Shown here one piece after another: positions 10,493 through 19,722 of a stretch of DNA of 64,000 nucleotides. Location of the stretch: assembly GCA_963733455.1 (NCBI GenBank), contig CAVTDE010000007.1:44854-108853 (forward strand), given 5' to 3'. The stretch comes from an uncultured Bacteroidales bacterium. GTDB taxonomy: Bacteria > Bacteroidota > Bacteroidia > Bacteroidales > VadinHA17. A program made the translations under genes and the position numbers. Each line of letters starts with the position of its first letter. Within the stretch, counting starts at the first letter, position 1. The notes beneath the pieces are model-generated. The model was not told the origin of the DNA. It did not search any database and saw only the letters and a list, made by a program, of their open reading frames with translations.

Positions 10493-10873
10493 AGGTATTA
10501 TCGAATTAAAAATTTATCCCCTGAAGGTAATAATTTTTTTTTATCCGTTAGGCGTCGGAGAGCATAAATCCTGGCAGATGGGCAGGAGTTGTTCTGTCAC
10601 TATGAAGTTGTCCGGATGGATGATACTCAATAAACGGCTGAGAACTCTCATGTCAAGACGAAATTTGTTAAGTGATGAATCAGGGTATTAATGTCAGGTT
10701 TCAGCCATATCGCACATTTTTTTTGCCTCCAATTTTTTTTACATTTACATATAAATTAAAAATAAGTCTGCCCGGGAAATAATAGGGCGTCAGATTGCCT
10801 GTGCTTCCCGAAAAGATAAATTTCAGACTTAAACTCTGAATGACTACATTTTATCCGTTTTAATAAAAAAATT

Positions 10874-12637
10874 ATGTCCTGTACAAAAAAAATAAAATCC
10901 GGGAAAGTGGCCGGAAACCTTATTCCGGTTTTTCTCGGTGTGTGGATAATTATTTCAACGGGACCGGGCTGTTCTGAAAAAAACAAGACATACCGTCAGG
11001 GTACCAATATTGAAGTAGGTATAATCGGTATAAATTCTGAGCAGGTCAGGAAATATGAAAAATTTGAACTGGTTCTTGATCTGAAAAATGTCAGGTTTGA
11101 TAATCCCTACGATCCGGCCGACATAGACCTCTATGCTTTGTTTAATTCACCCTCGGGACAAACAATAAAGATCAATGGTTTTTTCGATAATTACAAAGGG
11201 GCAAATCAATGGAAGATCCGTTTTTCACCGGGTGAAACAGGGGAGTATAAATACCAGGTATACATAAAAGATGGATCAGAAAAAGGTGAGTCCCGGAGTT
11301 CTGCCTTCATGGCTGTTGAATCTGAACATCATGGATGGATAAAACCATCAGTCAAAAACCCCCATTATTTCGCATATGATGACGGGACCTCATATTATGG
11401 AGTAGGCGCTTATTCGCCATGGGGAAACAATGAGAAGGTTTTCAGGACATTTGTCGAAAATAAAGCTAATTTTTTTGCAATCTGGGATATTAATTACGGC
11501 GGTTTTGTAAACAGTGCCGGTATTATAGAAGAAAAGCTTGGCCGGTATAACCAGGAAAAACTCGGACAAATCGATTCATTGCTTTCGATTCTGGAAAAAA
11601 ATAATATCAAACTGATGTATGCAATCTGGCCGCACGACCTGTTCTCTGAAACCGTATGGGCAGCACAATGGAAACTGAATCCCTATAAACAGATCACTAA
11701 TGCTGAAAATGTTTATGGTGATTCCGTTGCCTGGGGATACCAGAAGATGAAATACCGCTATATGATAGCACGGTTTTCCCATAGCAGAAGCTGGGGAATA
11801 TGGGAGCTGATCAATGAAATGGATGGCACAGACGGATGGGCAAAAGGTCATCATAATGAGGCTTATGCCTGGGTTGAAAAATGTGCAAGGTATTTTTCGG
11901 AGAACGACCCCTATAAACACCCTCTAACTGCCTCATTCAGCGGCGGTTTCAAACAATACCGCGATTCGCTTTACAGGTTAACCGAAATTCCGAACATACA
12001 CCTTTATCCTGCCCAGGGATGGATGCCCAGGTATCCCGACGACAGTCTGAGAAGTGATATGTATAATTTCGCATGGGCGAGTAAGCGTTTCTGGGACAAT
12101 TTCGAAAAACCTGCGATTTTTGGAGAGGCCGGAGCTGACCTTACTTACTACAAACCCGAATCAAAAGAATATCATATCTCTTATCATAATCAGATATGGG
12201 CATCACTTGCAAACGGGCTTGCTGTAACACCGGTGTGGTGGACCGCTTCAATTATGAATGACCAGGACTGGGAACAGCTCAGTCATTTGTCAGTATTTGT
12301 ATCCGATATCGATTTTGCTAACCTTCCATATAAACCGCTACAGGCAAAAGCTTTAAACGCTGATATTTATGTGATGGACTGTGGTGAAAAAGGATTCGGA
12401 TGGACAAGGTCTTTTAAGAACGATAAGATTGATAATACAAGATTAATCCTTATTAAACCTGATAAAGGGTATTATATTGCAACATGGTACGATGCATGGA
12501 CCGGTAATATCGTAAAATCGGAAAAGGTCTCTTCAGCGAACGGAGAACTTATTCTGACGGTTCCCGTCCTGGAACATTATAGTCAGGATATTGCATTTAA
12601 AATCAGTAAAATAAGTGATTCTCAAGTTGGACCCTAA
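10874..12637 (+). CDS. DUF5060 N-terminal domain plus GH5-like (clan GH-A) glycoside hydrolase lipoprotein
   Basis: Lipobox STGPGCSE. DUF5060-like YEKFELVLDL...NPYDPADIDLYALFNSPSGQTIKINGFF. WELINE block (the NE acid/base motif of GH5-type TIM barrels). Confidence 0.75.
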   Translation: MSCTKKIKSGKVAGNLIPVFLGVWIIISTGPGCSEKNKTYRQGTNIEVGIIGINSEQVRKYEKFELVLDLKNVRFDNPYDPADIDLYALFNSPSGQTIKINGFFDNYKGANQWKIRFSPGETGEYKYQVYIKDGSEKGESRSSAFMAVESEHHGWIKPSVKNPHYFAYDDGTSYYGVGAYSPWGNNEKVFRTFVENKANFFAIWDINYGGFVNSAGIIEEKLGRYNQEKLGQIDSLLSILEKNNIKLMYAIWPHDLFSETVWAAQWKLNPYKQITNAENVYGDSVAWGYQKMKYRYMIARFSHSRSWGIWELINEMDGTDGWAKGHHNEAYAWVEKCARYFSENDPYKHPLTASFSGGFKQYRDSLYRLTEIPNIHLYPAQGWMPRYPDDSLRSDMYNFAWASKRFWDNFEKPAIFGEAGADLTYYKPESKEYHISYHNQIWASLANGLAVTPVWWTASIMNDQDWEQLSHLSVFVSDIDFANLPYKPLQAKALNADIYVMDCGEKGFGWTRSFKNDKIDNTRLILIKPDKGYYIATWYDAWTGNIVKSEKVSSANGELILTVPVLEHYSQDIAFKISKISDSQVGP

Positions 12638-12686
12638 ATAGGGATCAAGTCAAATAAACTTAACAGCTGGTTGCAACTTTTGTCCC

Positions 12687-12738
12687 CCTTCCTGCCGGCA
12701 GGTTCGGGGTGCTGAAAACAGAGCGAGAGTCATGATTA
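12687..12738. repeat. Family B hairpin/GAGAG repeat (copy 2)
   Basis: Perfect palindrome cctgccggcagg followed by ttcggggtgctgaaaacagagcgagag, directly downstream of the GH5-like gene. Confidence 0.55.
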
Positions 12739-12812
12739 TCTGGTTTTTTCAAAATTTGAAAAAGTAAATGACCGGGTGGTGATAATTAAATAATAACTAT
12801 GCTACTCCGCTA

Positions 12813-12943
12813 ATCAATGCCGGAGGCATTTAATTCCAATAGCCACGGTCACGCCCGTGGTACTGAGAACTGATAAATAACACAACCCCGGAGTGGGTTG
12901 AACATATTTAGGTTATAAGATATTTCTCGTCATAATCAACAGA
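12813..12943. repeat. About 130-bp direct repeat, copy 1 (transposase 3' flank with two hairpins)
   Basis: Near-identical to 13274-13405. Contains the hairpins ccacgg-tcacgc-ccgtgg and aaccc-cggagt-gggtt. Confidence 0.85.
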
Positions 12944-13033
12944 ATGCTCATTCAATAAATCTATTAACTCTTGCTTAAAAGTGACAATCTTATGATAAGT
13001 TTGGCGACTCGTTACAGGCAGCCGTAAAATCAT
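12908..13033 (-). pseudogene. C-terminal remnant of an IS200/IS605-type (Y1, RAYT-like) transposase
   Basis: The minus-strand translation ends ..HKIVTFKQELIDLLNEHSVDYDEKYLIT*. This matches the usual C-terminal pattern of Y1 transposases (HH-K-x-TFKxE..LL..H.V.YDEKYL). Only about 41 codons remain. Confidence 0.55.
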
Positions 13034-13063
13034 AGTAAAATAAGCAGCCATAATAAATATAAA

Positions 13064-13342
13064 ATGAGTATTACACTAAGTAAACTGATACCTGTAATTG
13101 GGTTGACTTTATTAACCTCCTGGTTATCCGGACAGTCTGACATCAATAAAGTATATACCCTGAAATATGAATATGAAGGCTTAAATTCCGCAGTTGGATC
13201 AGTTGCCGGAGCATCTTCTAAAGACAGTCTGGATGTATGCTACATGATCTGGTTTCTGAAAGGCTACACCGCCAATCAATGCCGGAGGCATTTAATTCCA
13301 ATAGCCACGGTTACGCCCGTGGTACTGAGAACTGATAAATAA
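13064..13342 (+). CDS. Short signal-peptide ORF, possibly the truncated 5' end of a secreted-protein gene
   Basis: MSITLSKLIPVIGLTLLTSWLSGQS signal. The last ~22 codons are encoded by repeat copy 2, so the C-terminus is repeat-derived. Confidence 0.35.
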   Translation: MSITLSKLIPVIGLTLLTSWLSGQSDINKVYTLKYEYEGLNSAVGSVAGASSKDSLDVCYMIWFLKGYTANQCRRHLIPIATVTPVVLRTDK

Positions 13343-13405
13343 CACAACCCCGGAGTGGGTTGAACATATTTAGGTTATAAGATATTTTCTCGTCATAATC
13401 AACAG
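13274..13405. repeat. About 130-bp direct repeat, copy 2
   Basis: Same sequence as 12813-12943, with a few substitutions and a 1-nt indel. It retains the last transposase codons (SVDYDEK) out of frame. Confidence 0.85.
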
Positions 13406-13540
13406 ACATAACAAACATTTTTGCTTATTATTCAGCACTTTACTAAATTTATAAAAAATTTCTAACCATGCCAAGTCTCGAAATTAATGTTGATTTTGCA
13501 AGGTTCAGAGGCGCTGTTCATTTTTTGTTGACTTTTATTA

Positions 13541-15673
13541 ATGGATATAATAAATTTATTCAACATTAATCGGTTTCAGGTGAACAGGTTTTTATTCATA
13601 TTCTTTATTTTATCTGGTTTCTCTTCTGCATTTTGTCAATTTTTAAAGAACAATGAAATTGACAGATTAAATAATAGCCTTAATGACTCTGCCTGTTTAC
13701 TTGAAGAGAATAATGTCAATATTGATGTGAATGATATTTTAAAAGGCACATTTAATAACCAGTTCAGACCGTTCAAAGAATTTACAAAAGTGCCAGTTTC
13801 AAATAATGTTTATTGGATAAAATTAAGGCTGAATACAAAAGAGAAGTCGAATATTGGCCTACTTATTCCACGAGCAAATCACAGAGTGGATTTATACGAG
13901 GTCACTGATTCGGCAATTTTACATCAGGTTACAGGAATGTATGTTTCTCATAAATTTAATCAGGAGATAATTCCTTTCTCAAATTGTCTTAAACTAACAT
14001 ATCCAGGCAATTCAGAGATTTTATTAAGAATTAAAAACAAATATGACGAGAATCCCAATTTCAACCTGAGGCTCGTTTCCATAACTGATGAAATCAGAAA
14101 AAATAATAAACAAAATATCATTGATGGGTTTATTCATGGACTGCTATGGCTGATGATCATATATGGATGGTTGCTTTTTCTTCTGCATAACGATAGACTT
14201 TATCTCCTGTATTCGGCTTATATCTTGTTTATTTCAATCTGGTATTTTGGTTGTATGGCAACAATTTACAGATTGTTCCCGAATTTTCCACGTGATATCT
14301 TTCCATACACGGATATACCGGCAAGTCTAGGATCTATTTTCTACATAGGATTTGTGAGGCATTTCGCAAGTACCTCCAGGATTCTGCCAAAATGGGATCG
14401 TTTTCTTAAGGTACTTCCCTTTCTCCTCGTGATTGAAATATCAGCAATAGCTTTATTTATACCTTTTAGCGGGAGAATTATTCTGAGTTATTATATTCAG
14501 GATACGGCCATACTATTTGTTATTCTTTGCATCGGTGTGCTTGCAATTAATCTGTTTCGCACAAAAGATAAACTCGCCGTCATTACTGCCACCGGATCAT
14601 TATTTCTTCTTGCCGGAACTTTTATTGGTATCTCTCTGTACCTATTTACTTTGAATGATAACATGTTAATAATACAAAAAATAGCTACAGTAATTGAATT
14701 ATTGATCTTCACTTTCGGAATAAGTTACCGGTATAAATTGATTGAAGTAAGTAAACTTGAAGTTCAAAAAAAATTAATTGCTCAGTTAAAAGAAAATTCT
14801 GAATTACAAAAAAAGGTTAACCGGGAATTGGAAGAAAAGGTAAGAGAAAGGACAATAGAGATAAGTGATCAAAATAGAATTCTGGTGCAACAAAAGAGTG
14901 AAATAGAAATTCAAAAGAATGATCTGACATCAAGTATTCTGTATGCTAAAAAGATTCAGACCGCTCTCCTTCCTTCCCATGAAGTGCTTTCGAGAAACTT
15001 CGATGATCATTTCATCTTATATCGTCCGCTTAATATAGTTAGTGGTGATTTTTACTGGTTTTCAGAAGTTGAAAATCACATTATTATTGCTGCAGCTGAT
15101 TGCACGGGACACGGTGTACCCGGGGCTTTCATGAGTGTTCTCGGAATATCATTGTTAAATGAGATTATTAATAAATCAGGAAGATTTGATACAAGCGAGA
15201 TTTTGAATAATCTCAGAAGGCATCTGATAGATTCATTACATCAGACAGGAATCAAAGACAATACAAGGGATGGAATTGACCTTGCTTTGTGCATGATCAA
15301 CAAGAATGATCAAACGTTACAATTCTCCGGCGGGTTTCGTCCACTTTACTTTATGAGGAACGGAGAGCTGTCAGAATTCAAGGGTGACAGAATGCCTATC
15401 GGAATCTATGAAGGGATATCCGAGCCTTTTTCCAGCATAGAAATTAATTATAAACATGGAGATAAAATATATTTGTTCTCTGATGGATTTGTAGATCAGA
15501 TTGGTGGAGCAAACAGAAAAAAATTTAAGTCAGAAAATTTGAAAAGAATTTTAAGTGAAAACAGGAATTTGCAAATGAGTTTTCAAAAGGAAATTCTGGA
15601 ACAAAAACTTGATGAGTGGAAAGGAGAAACTGAGCAAATAGATGATATTCTTGTTATTGGAATTAAAATCTGA
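13541..15673 (+). CDS. 7TMR-DISM sensor fused to a PP2C/SpoIIE-type serine phosphatase
   Basis: N-terminal extracellular domain, then 7 hydrophobic helices and a coiled coil. The C-terminus carries GDFYWF...AAADCTGHGVPGAFMS...DGFVDQ...DDILVIG, which are SpoIIE/PP2C motifs. Confidence 0.85.
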   Translation: MDIINLFNINRFQVNRFLFIFFILSGFSSAFCQFLKNNEIDRLNNSLNDSACLLEENNVNIDVNDILKGTFNNQFRPFKEFTKVPVSNNVYWIKLRLNTKEKSNIGLLIPRANHRVDLYEVTDSAILHQVTGMYVSHKFNQEIIPFSNCLKLTYPGNSEILLRIKNKYDENPNFNLRLVSITDEIRKNNKQNIIDGFIHGLLWLMIIYGWLLFLLHNDRLYLLYSAYILFISIWYFGCMATIYRLFPNFPRDIFPYTDIPASLGSIFYIGFVRHFASTSRILPKWDRFLKVLPFLLVIEISAIALFIPFSGRIILSYYIQDTAILFVILCIGVLAINLFRTKDKLAVITATGSLFLLAGTFIGISLYLFTLNDNMLIIQKIATVIELLIFTFGISYRYKLIEVSKLEVQKKLIAQLKENSELQKKVNRELEEKVRERTIEISDQNRILVQQKSEIEIQKNDLTSSILYAKKIQTALLPSHEVLSRNFDDHFILYRPLNIVSGDFYWFSEVENHIIIAAADCTGHGVPGAFMSVLGISLLNEIINKSGRFDTSEILNNLRRHLIDSLHQTGIKDNTRDGIDLALCMINKNDQTLQFSGGFRPLYFMRNGELSEFKGDRMPIGIYEGISEPFSSIEINYKHGDKIYLFSDGFVDQIGGANRKKFKSENLKRILSENRNLQMSFQKEILEQKLDEWKGETEQIDDILVIGIKI

Positions 15674-15851
15674 TACGGAGAAGAGAAGAATTTAATAATC
15701 TCATAGTGCAGCAATTTAGTTTTTTAACTCAACCCATCGCTGTAGCTAAAAAGTGATTGAACTGACAAAGAGCATAGGGTTAGCACAGGTATAATATTCG
15801 CATTATGGACAATACTTTTCTCTTTTTATGTAACAAATTCCCGCTATCAAC

Positions 15852-16043
15852 TCATTTTAGTCTATAGACACGAACATAATCAACTACCATCTGCTGCGGA
15901 AGATGTGCATTATCCGGCGCCGGTTCATCCGGGGATGTAATCATTGGTTTTATTCGGATTGCTTCCCCCATGTTTCCATGAGATCGACCTGTACCATTCC
16001 AGGTGATGCAAGATTCTGACAAAAACAAAAGCCACTTATACAA
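15852..16043 (-). pseudogene. C-terminal remnant of a GH16-type (laminarinase-like) glycoside hydrolase
   Basis: The ORF ends ..PAPDNAHLPQQMVVDYVRVYRLK*, the characteristic GH16 C-terminal strand (FPQ.M.VDYVRVY). Only ~60 codons lie directly after the upstream gene's stop at 16109. Confidence 0.5.
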
Positions 16044-16108
16044 TTAAAAGTATAAATGGCTCACAAATATTGTTGGCAGTTAGGAATTAATCCAGTGCTT
16101 GATAAAGA

Positions 16109-17542
16109 TCAAACTACTTTTGGAACGTTGAACGGTTTTCTCCCGCCATCAGGACGTGAGAGATAAGAATTTGCTTCATTATCATTTACATACTGTTCAG
16201 TTTTGCCGTCGAATATCAGTTTCCTTCCGGTACGGTATGCCGTGTTGCCCATATGCATCATCGCAGTTGATATATGTCCTTCTTCAATATCTGCAATCAG
16301 GTTTTTATAATTGCGGCTTTTCACACAGTCAACAAAATTCTGGAAATGATAATCAATTTTTGCATTTGCTGCTGCTTCCCATATCGGATCGGGTTCCAGA
16401 TCAGCTGCTGTAACCGTTATCGAAGGCTTTGTAGTTCTATCCTGCTGCCTGCCCGTACTGAATGCCGCCGTTCCGACCTGACCGTCAACTGCTGCACGTT
16501 CATTTCCGCTCTGGAAAACCTGAAATCCATTCTGCATCGTTGCATACCCTTTTGTTCCCAGCCAGAGATTGCCCCATGGTTCATTTGGCGTTGGCAAACT
16601 TCTCACCTCGAGCTCCATTACGGATCCGTTCGGATATTCAAATGTTGCAACCTGGAAATTTGGAACATTCTGGTCTGATTCTTTTGCATATGCATAGAAT
16701 CCTCCACAGCATGCTATTTTAGACGGATGTTCCTTGATACTCATTCCCTGGCGGATTATGTCCATCGCATGTATGCCATTATTACCAAATTCACCCGTAC
16801 TGGTATCCCAAAACCAGTGCCAGTTATAAAGGAAGTGATTTTCATTGAATGGTATCATCGGAGCTGGCCCCCTGAAGAGATCCCAGTTTACCCCCTGCGG
16901 AGCCGGACCATCAGGTTTTCTTCCGATACTGGGCCGTGAGCGGTATACAGTGCCACGTCCCATGTAAATATCACCTATTACTCCGTCGCGTAACATCTGG
17001 ATAGCTTTCATTGTAAGTCTGTTGGCCCTTCTCTGAGTACCAGCCTGAACTATCCTGTTGTATTTCCTGGCAGCCTGAACCATTTTCCTTCCTTCATCGA
17101 CGTTATATGATACAGGTTTCTCAACATATACGTCCTTGCCAGCCTGACATGCATTTATGGTCATAAGCCCATGCCAGTAACCCGGAGTAGCAATTGAAAT
17201 GACATCAAGATCCTTGTTCTCAAGCATCTTGCGGTAATCAGTGTATGTTGATGGTTTTGGTCCGCCAAGATCTTCTATATCCTTGATTGCCTGTGGCATA
17301 AGATAATCAACGCAGTCGCAGATAGCCGCCACCTGTGTCTCCTTTATTTTTGTATAGTTGGCTGTATGACCAGATCCTCCATATAATCCTCCGCGATCAT
17401 GTATTCCGATCACTCCGACATTGATCCTGTCAGATGGTTTTACCTGCTGAAATCCCCTGATGTATGCAGGAGCTCCAATGGCCATACCTGCTGTTGCCAT
17501 CACTGATTTCTTAATGAACGTGCGTCTTTTCTCAGTTTTCAT
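16109..17542 (-). CDS. Gfo/Idh/MocA family oxidoreductase with Tat signal
   Basis: KRRTFIKKSVMATAGMAIGAPA twin-arginine signal, VGVIGIHDRGG Rossmann start and an EKP motif (VYVEKP). Confidence 0.9.
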   Translation of the reverse strand: MKTEKRRTFIKKSVMATAGMAIGAPAYIRGFQQVKPSDRINVGVIGIHDRGGLYGGSGHTANYTKIKETQVAAICDCVDYLMPQAIKDIEDLGGPKPSTYTDYRKMLENKDLDVISIATPGYWHGLMTINACQAGKDVYVEKPVSYNVDEGRKMVQAARKYNRIVQAGTQRRANRLTMKAIQMLRDGVIGDIYMGRGTVYRSRPSIGRKPDGPAPQGVNWDLFRGPAPMIPFNENHFLYNWHWFWDTSTGEFGNNGIHAMDIIRQGMSIKEHPSKIACCGGFYAYAKESDQNVPNFQVATFEYPNGSVMELEVRSLPTPNEPWGNLWLGTKGYATMQNGFQVFQSGNERAAVDGQVGTAAFSTGRQQDRTTKPSITVTAADLEPDPIWEAAANAKIDYHFQNFVDCVKSRNYKNLIADIEEGHISTAMMHMGNTAYRTGRKLIFDGKTEQYVNDNEANSYLSRPDGGRKPFNVPKVV

Positions 17543-17667
17543 AATTCAATTTTGTATTAATTAGATTATTCAAGGATATTTCGTATATATTGACAACGAA
17601 TATACTAAAAAAGATAAGATTACAGGGGTAAAAATATGAGATCAATTAAGAGTAGTGACTTTATGGT

Positions 17668-19470
17668 TTAGAAAGCACGGATTGCCCGGGTTTTTATTGC
17701 ATTTTCATTCCTGTTTTGGTTGCTCTTGTTGCCGTAATAAAAACTCACTACCCATGCACCATACTTATCCTGGGTAGAACTCCAATAGAAGGAATCCTTA
17801 AAATCGCCCCAACCTTTTTCATGCAAATTTTTATACATGAGAAACAATTCATTGATTGACGGTAAAAACCAGTCACTATATCCATTCATTTCCAGGTTAT
17901 AGCATAAACTGGCCGCGGTTTCAACGGACGGACAACCGTTTACTATATCTGATGTATTTTTATTACCTGTCCCTATTTCCCTGCCTGCCGCTCCCGGAGG
18001 AGTACAGTTGCCCCATAATGCAACCTGACTTTGATCCGAAACTGCACATACCAGGCCATGTTCTCCTGTTTCGTCAATATAGAATATATAACCACCATTT
18101 AATTGCTCACCTATTACATATTCTGCTTTAAAAGTTGCATCATCACCAGGGATTGTCCCGTTCTCATTTGACACAACGATCCTGTAATGATAAGTCGTAC
18201 CGGATTTAAGTCCCCTGATATCTGCACTTGCCATTACGGGCTTATTTCCACTCACAGGACTTTGAGATGCTGTTATTGTATTGCCATAATCTGTTGTTGT
18301 GCCATATTCAAATGTTACAACAGTTTGCAAAAAATGTGCATTGACAGTACCATTCAGTTTTGCGGTTCCTGGTGTAGTGTTGGTTGCTGAACCGGTTTCC
18401 ACTGAAGGTACTTCACCTGATGTGGTAAATGGCATATCAATACCAACCATTATTCCTATGGAGTTTGTGGCGACAACTCTATAGTGGTATGTTAAACCGG
18501 ATTTGAGGTCTGAAACAACGGCGCTGACCCTGGAAGCAGTTTTCCCTGTAACAGGGTTTTGAACAGCTGTTATTTTATTTCCATAACCAGATGTAGTTCC
18601 GTATTCAAATGTAACAAAAGCTGAAAGATCATTGGCATTAACCAAACCATTTAAAGTAGCCTCTTTCCCCTGAACATTTGTGGCAGGCTGAGTGGAGACT
18701 ATTGGAACTGTTCCGGAAGCAACTAAAATTCCGTTATCCGCATCTTCGGCATCAAGCATATCAATCAGGATAACACCATTTGCTCCTCTTGATCCATAAA
18801 TAGCAGCGGCGGGCCCTTTAAGGACCTCTATTGATTTCACAAACTGGGGAGGGATATCTGCTATTGACCTGACAGGTACACCATCAACAATATACAGAGG
18901 CTCATTGCTTTGCATGATTGATGTAATTCCCCTGATCAGTATATTATCCTGATTCACCTGAACTCCGGGAATTGTACCATGTAACATATCATAAATTGAG
19001 CTGTATGATGAATATTTACTGTCCATCGTGTTTAATTTGCTTATGGGCGTTGTAATTTTTGATTTTTCCATTTTACCATAACCAACATTAATTTCTTCCT
19101 TATCTGCAAGATCTTCGGCATGACTCTCTGATTTATTCTTATACGGAGCTGCACTCGGAAAAGTAAAATTTATTCTGGTCCTCCCATTGATAACTTCCGC
19201 AAGTATCCCATGTGTAGAAGAAATAACAATGATTTTCGATGCATCAGTTGGAGCGGTGATCCTGACTTTATAAAATCCCTTTGCGTCGGTAACAACCCTG
19301 GTTTCATTATTACTGGTTCCGATTATGGCTATTATGGCACCAGCGACAGGGTAATGATACAGGTCAGTCACATAACCGGTAATTATGAACTTACTTTTTA
19401 TTTGTCCATTAGAAGGTATGACAGCCGCGGCAGTTAATAACAGAAATAAAATTAAGCCTTTAAGTTTCAT
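17668..19470 (-). CDS. Secreted multidomain protein: CarboxypepD_reg-like, TonB-dependent-receptor plug, two Ig/FN3-like repeats, C-terminal DUF1566 (Lcl-like)
   Basis: Signal peptide, then ITGYVTD...AIIAIIGT...TDAKGFYKV. Plug blocks are IPGVQV...IRG...PLYIVDGVP...IKSIEVLKGPAAAIYGSRGANGVILI. Two ~90-aa repeats follow (..LNG.VNA....V.FEYGTT..YGN.ITA.Q.PV.G........DL/GLKSG.TYHYR.V..N). The tail reads DWFLPSINELFLMYKN...YWSSTQ. No beta-barrel region is present. Confidence 0.8.
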   Translation of the reverse strand: MKLKGLILFLLLTAAAVIPSNGQIKSKFIITGYVTDLYHYPVAGAIIAIIGTSNNETRVVTDAKGFYKVRITAPTDASKIIVISSTHGILAEVINGRTRINFTFPSAAPYKNKSESHAEDLADKEEINVGYGKMEKSKITTPISKLNTMDSKYSSYSSIYDMLHGTIPGVQVNQDNILIRGITSIMQSNEPLYIVDGVPVRSIADIPPQFVKSIEVLKGPAAAIYGSRGANGVILIDMLDAEDADNGILVASGTVPIVSTQPATNVQGKEATLNGLVNANDLSAFVTFEYGTTSGYGNKITAVQNPVTGKTASRVSAVVSDLKSGLTYHYRVVATNSIGIMVGIDMPFTTSGEVPSVETGSATNTTPGTAKLNGTVNAHFLQTVVTFEYGTTTDYGNTITASQSPVSGNKPVMASADIRGLKSGTTYHYRIVVSNENGTIPGDDATFKAEYVIGEQLNGGYIFYIDETGEHGLVCAVSDQSQVALWGNCTPPGAAGREIGTGNKNTSDIVNGCPSVETAASLCYNLEMNGYSDWFLPSINELFLMYKNLHEKGWGDFKDSFYWSSTQDKYGAWVVSFYYGNKSNQNRNENAIKTRAIRAF

Positions 19471-19722
19471 GATCTTTCAGTAACAGATTTTGACACTATA
19501 TTACACCCGTTACACCCGAAATCAACATAATATAACACGAATTCATCTTCAAAGTTCAGATAACTATTGATCAAAATCAACCACATTAACATTAAAAATT
19601 GCAATTTTGTAATTCCTCGTTCTCTAACCCTGGTGTAACCGGGCATAATATTTAATACATTGCAGTCAGAATTGGAATAAATCTACTTAAGATTTTGTCC
19701 ATAAATAAAATCTACCCTGATC

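Noticed and set aside
10443-10691. 82-aa ORF in the 380-bp intergenic region upstream of the GH5-like gene, and a possible structured RNA there
   Set aside because: The ORF overlaps the start of the 10247..10492 gene in antisense and has no recognisable features. I could not identify a convincing conserved fold or known riboswitch motif, so it is left uncalled.
16156-16939. Plus-strand ORFs 16156..16413, 16274..16678, 16462..16722 and 16727..16939
   Set aside because: They are antisense to the well-supported Gfo/Idh/MocA gene. Their products are Cys/Phe/Ser-rich and resemble no family.
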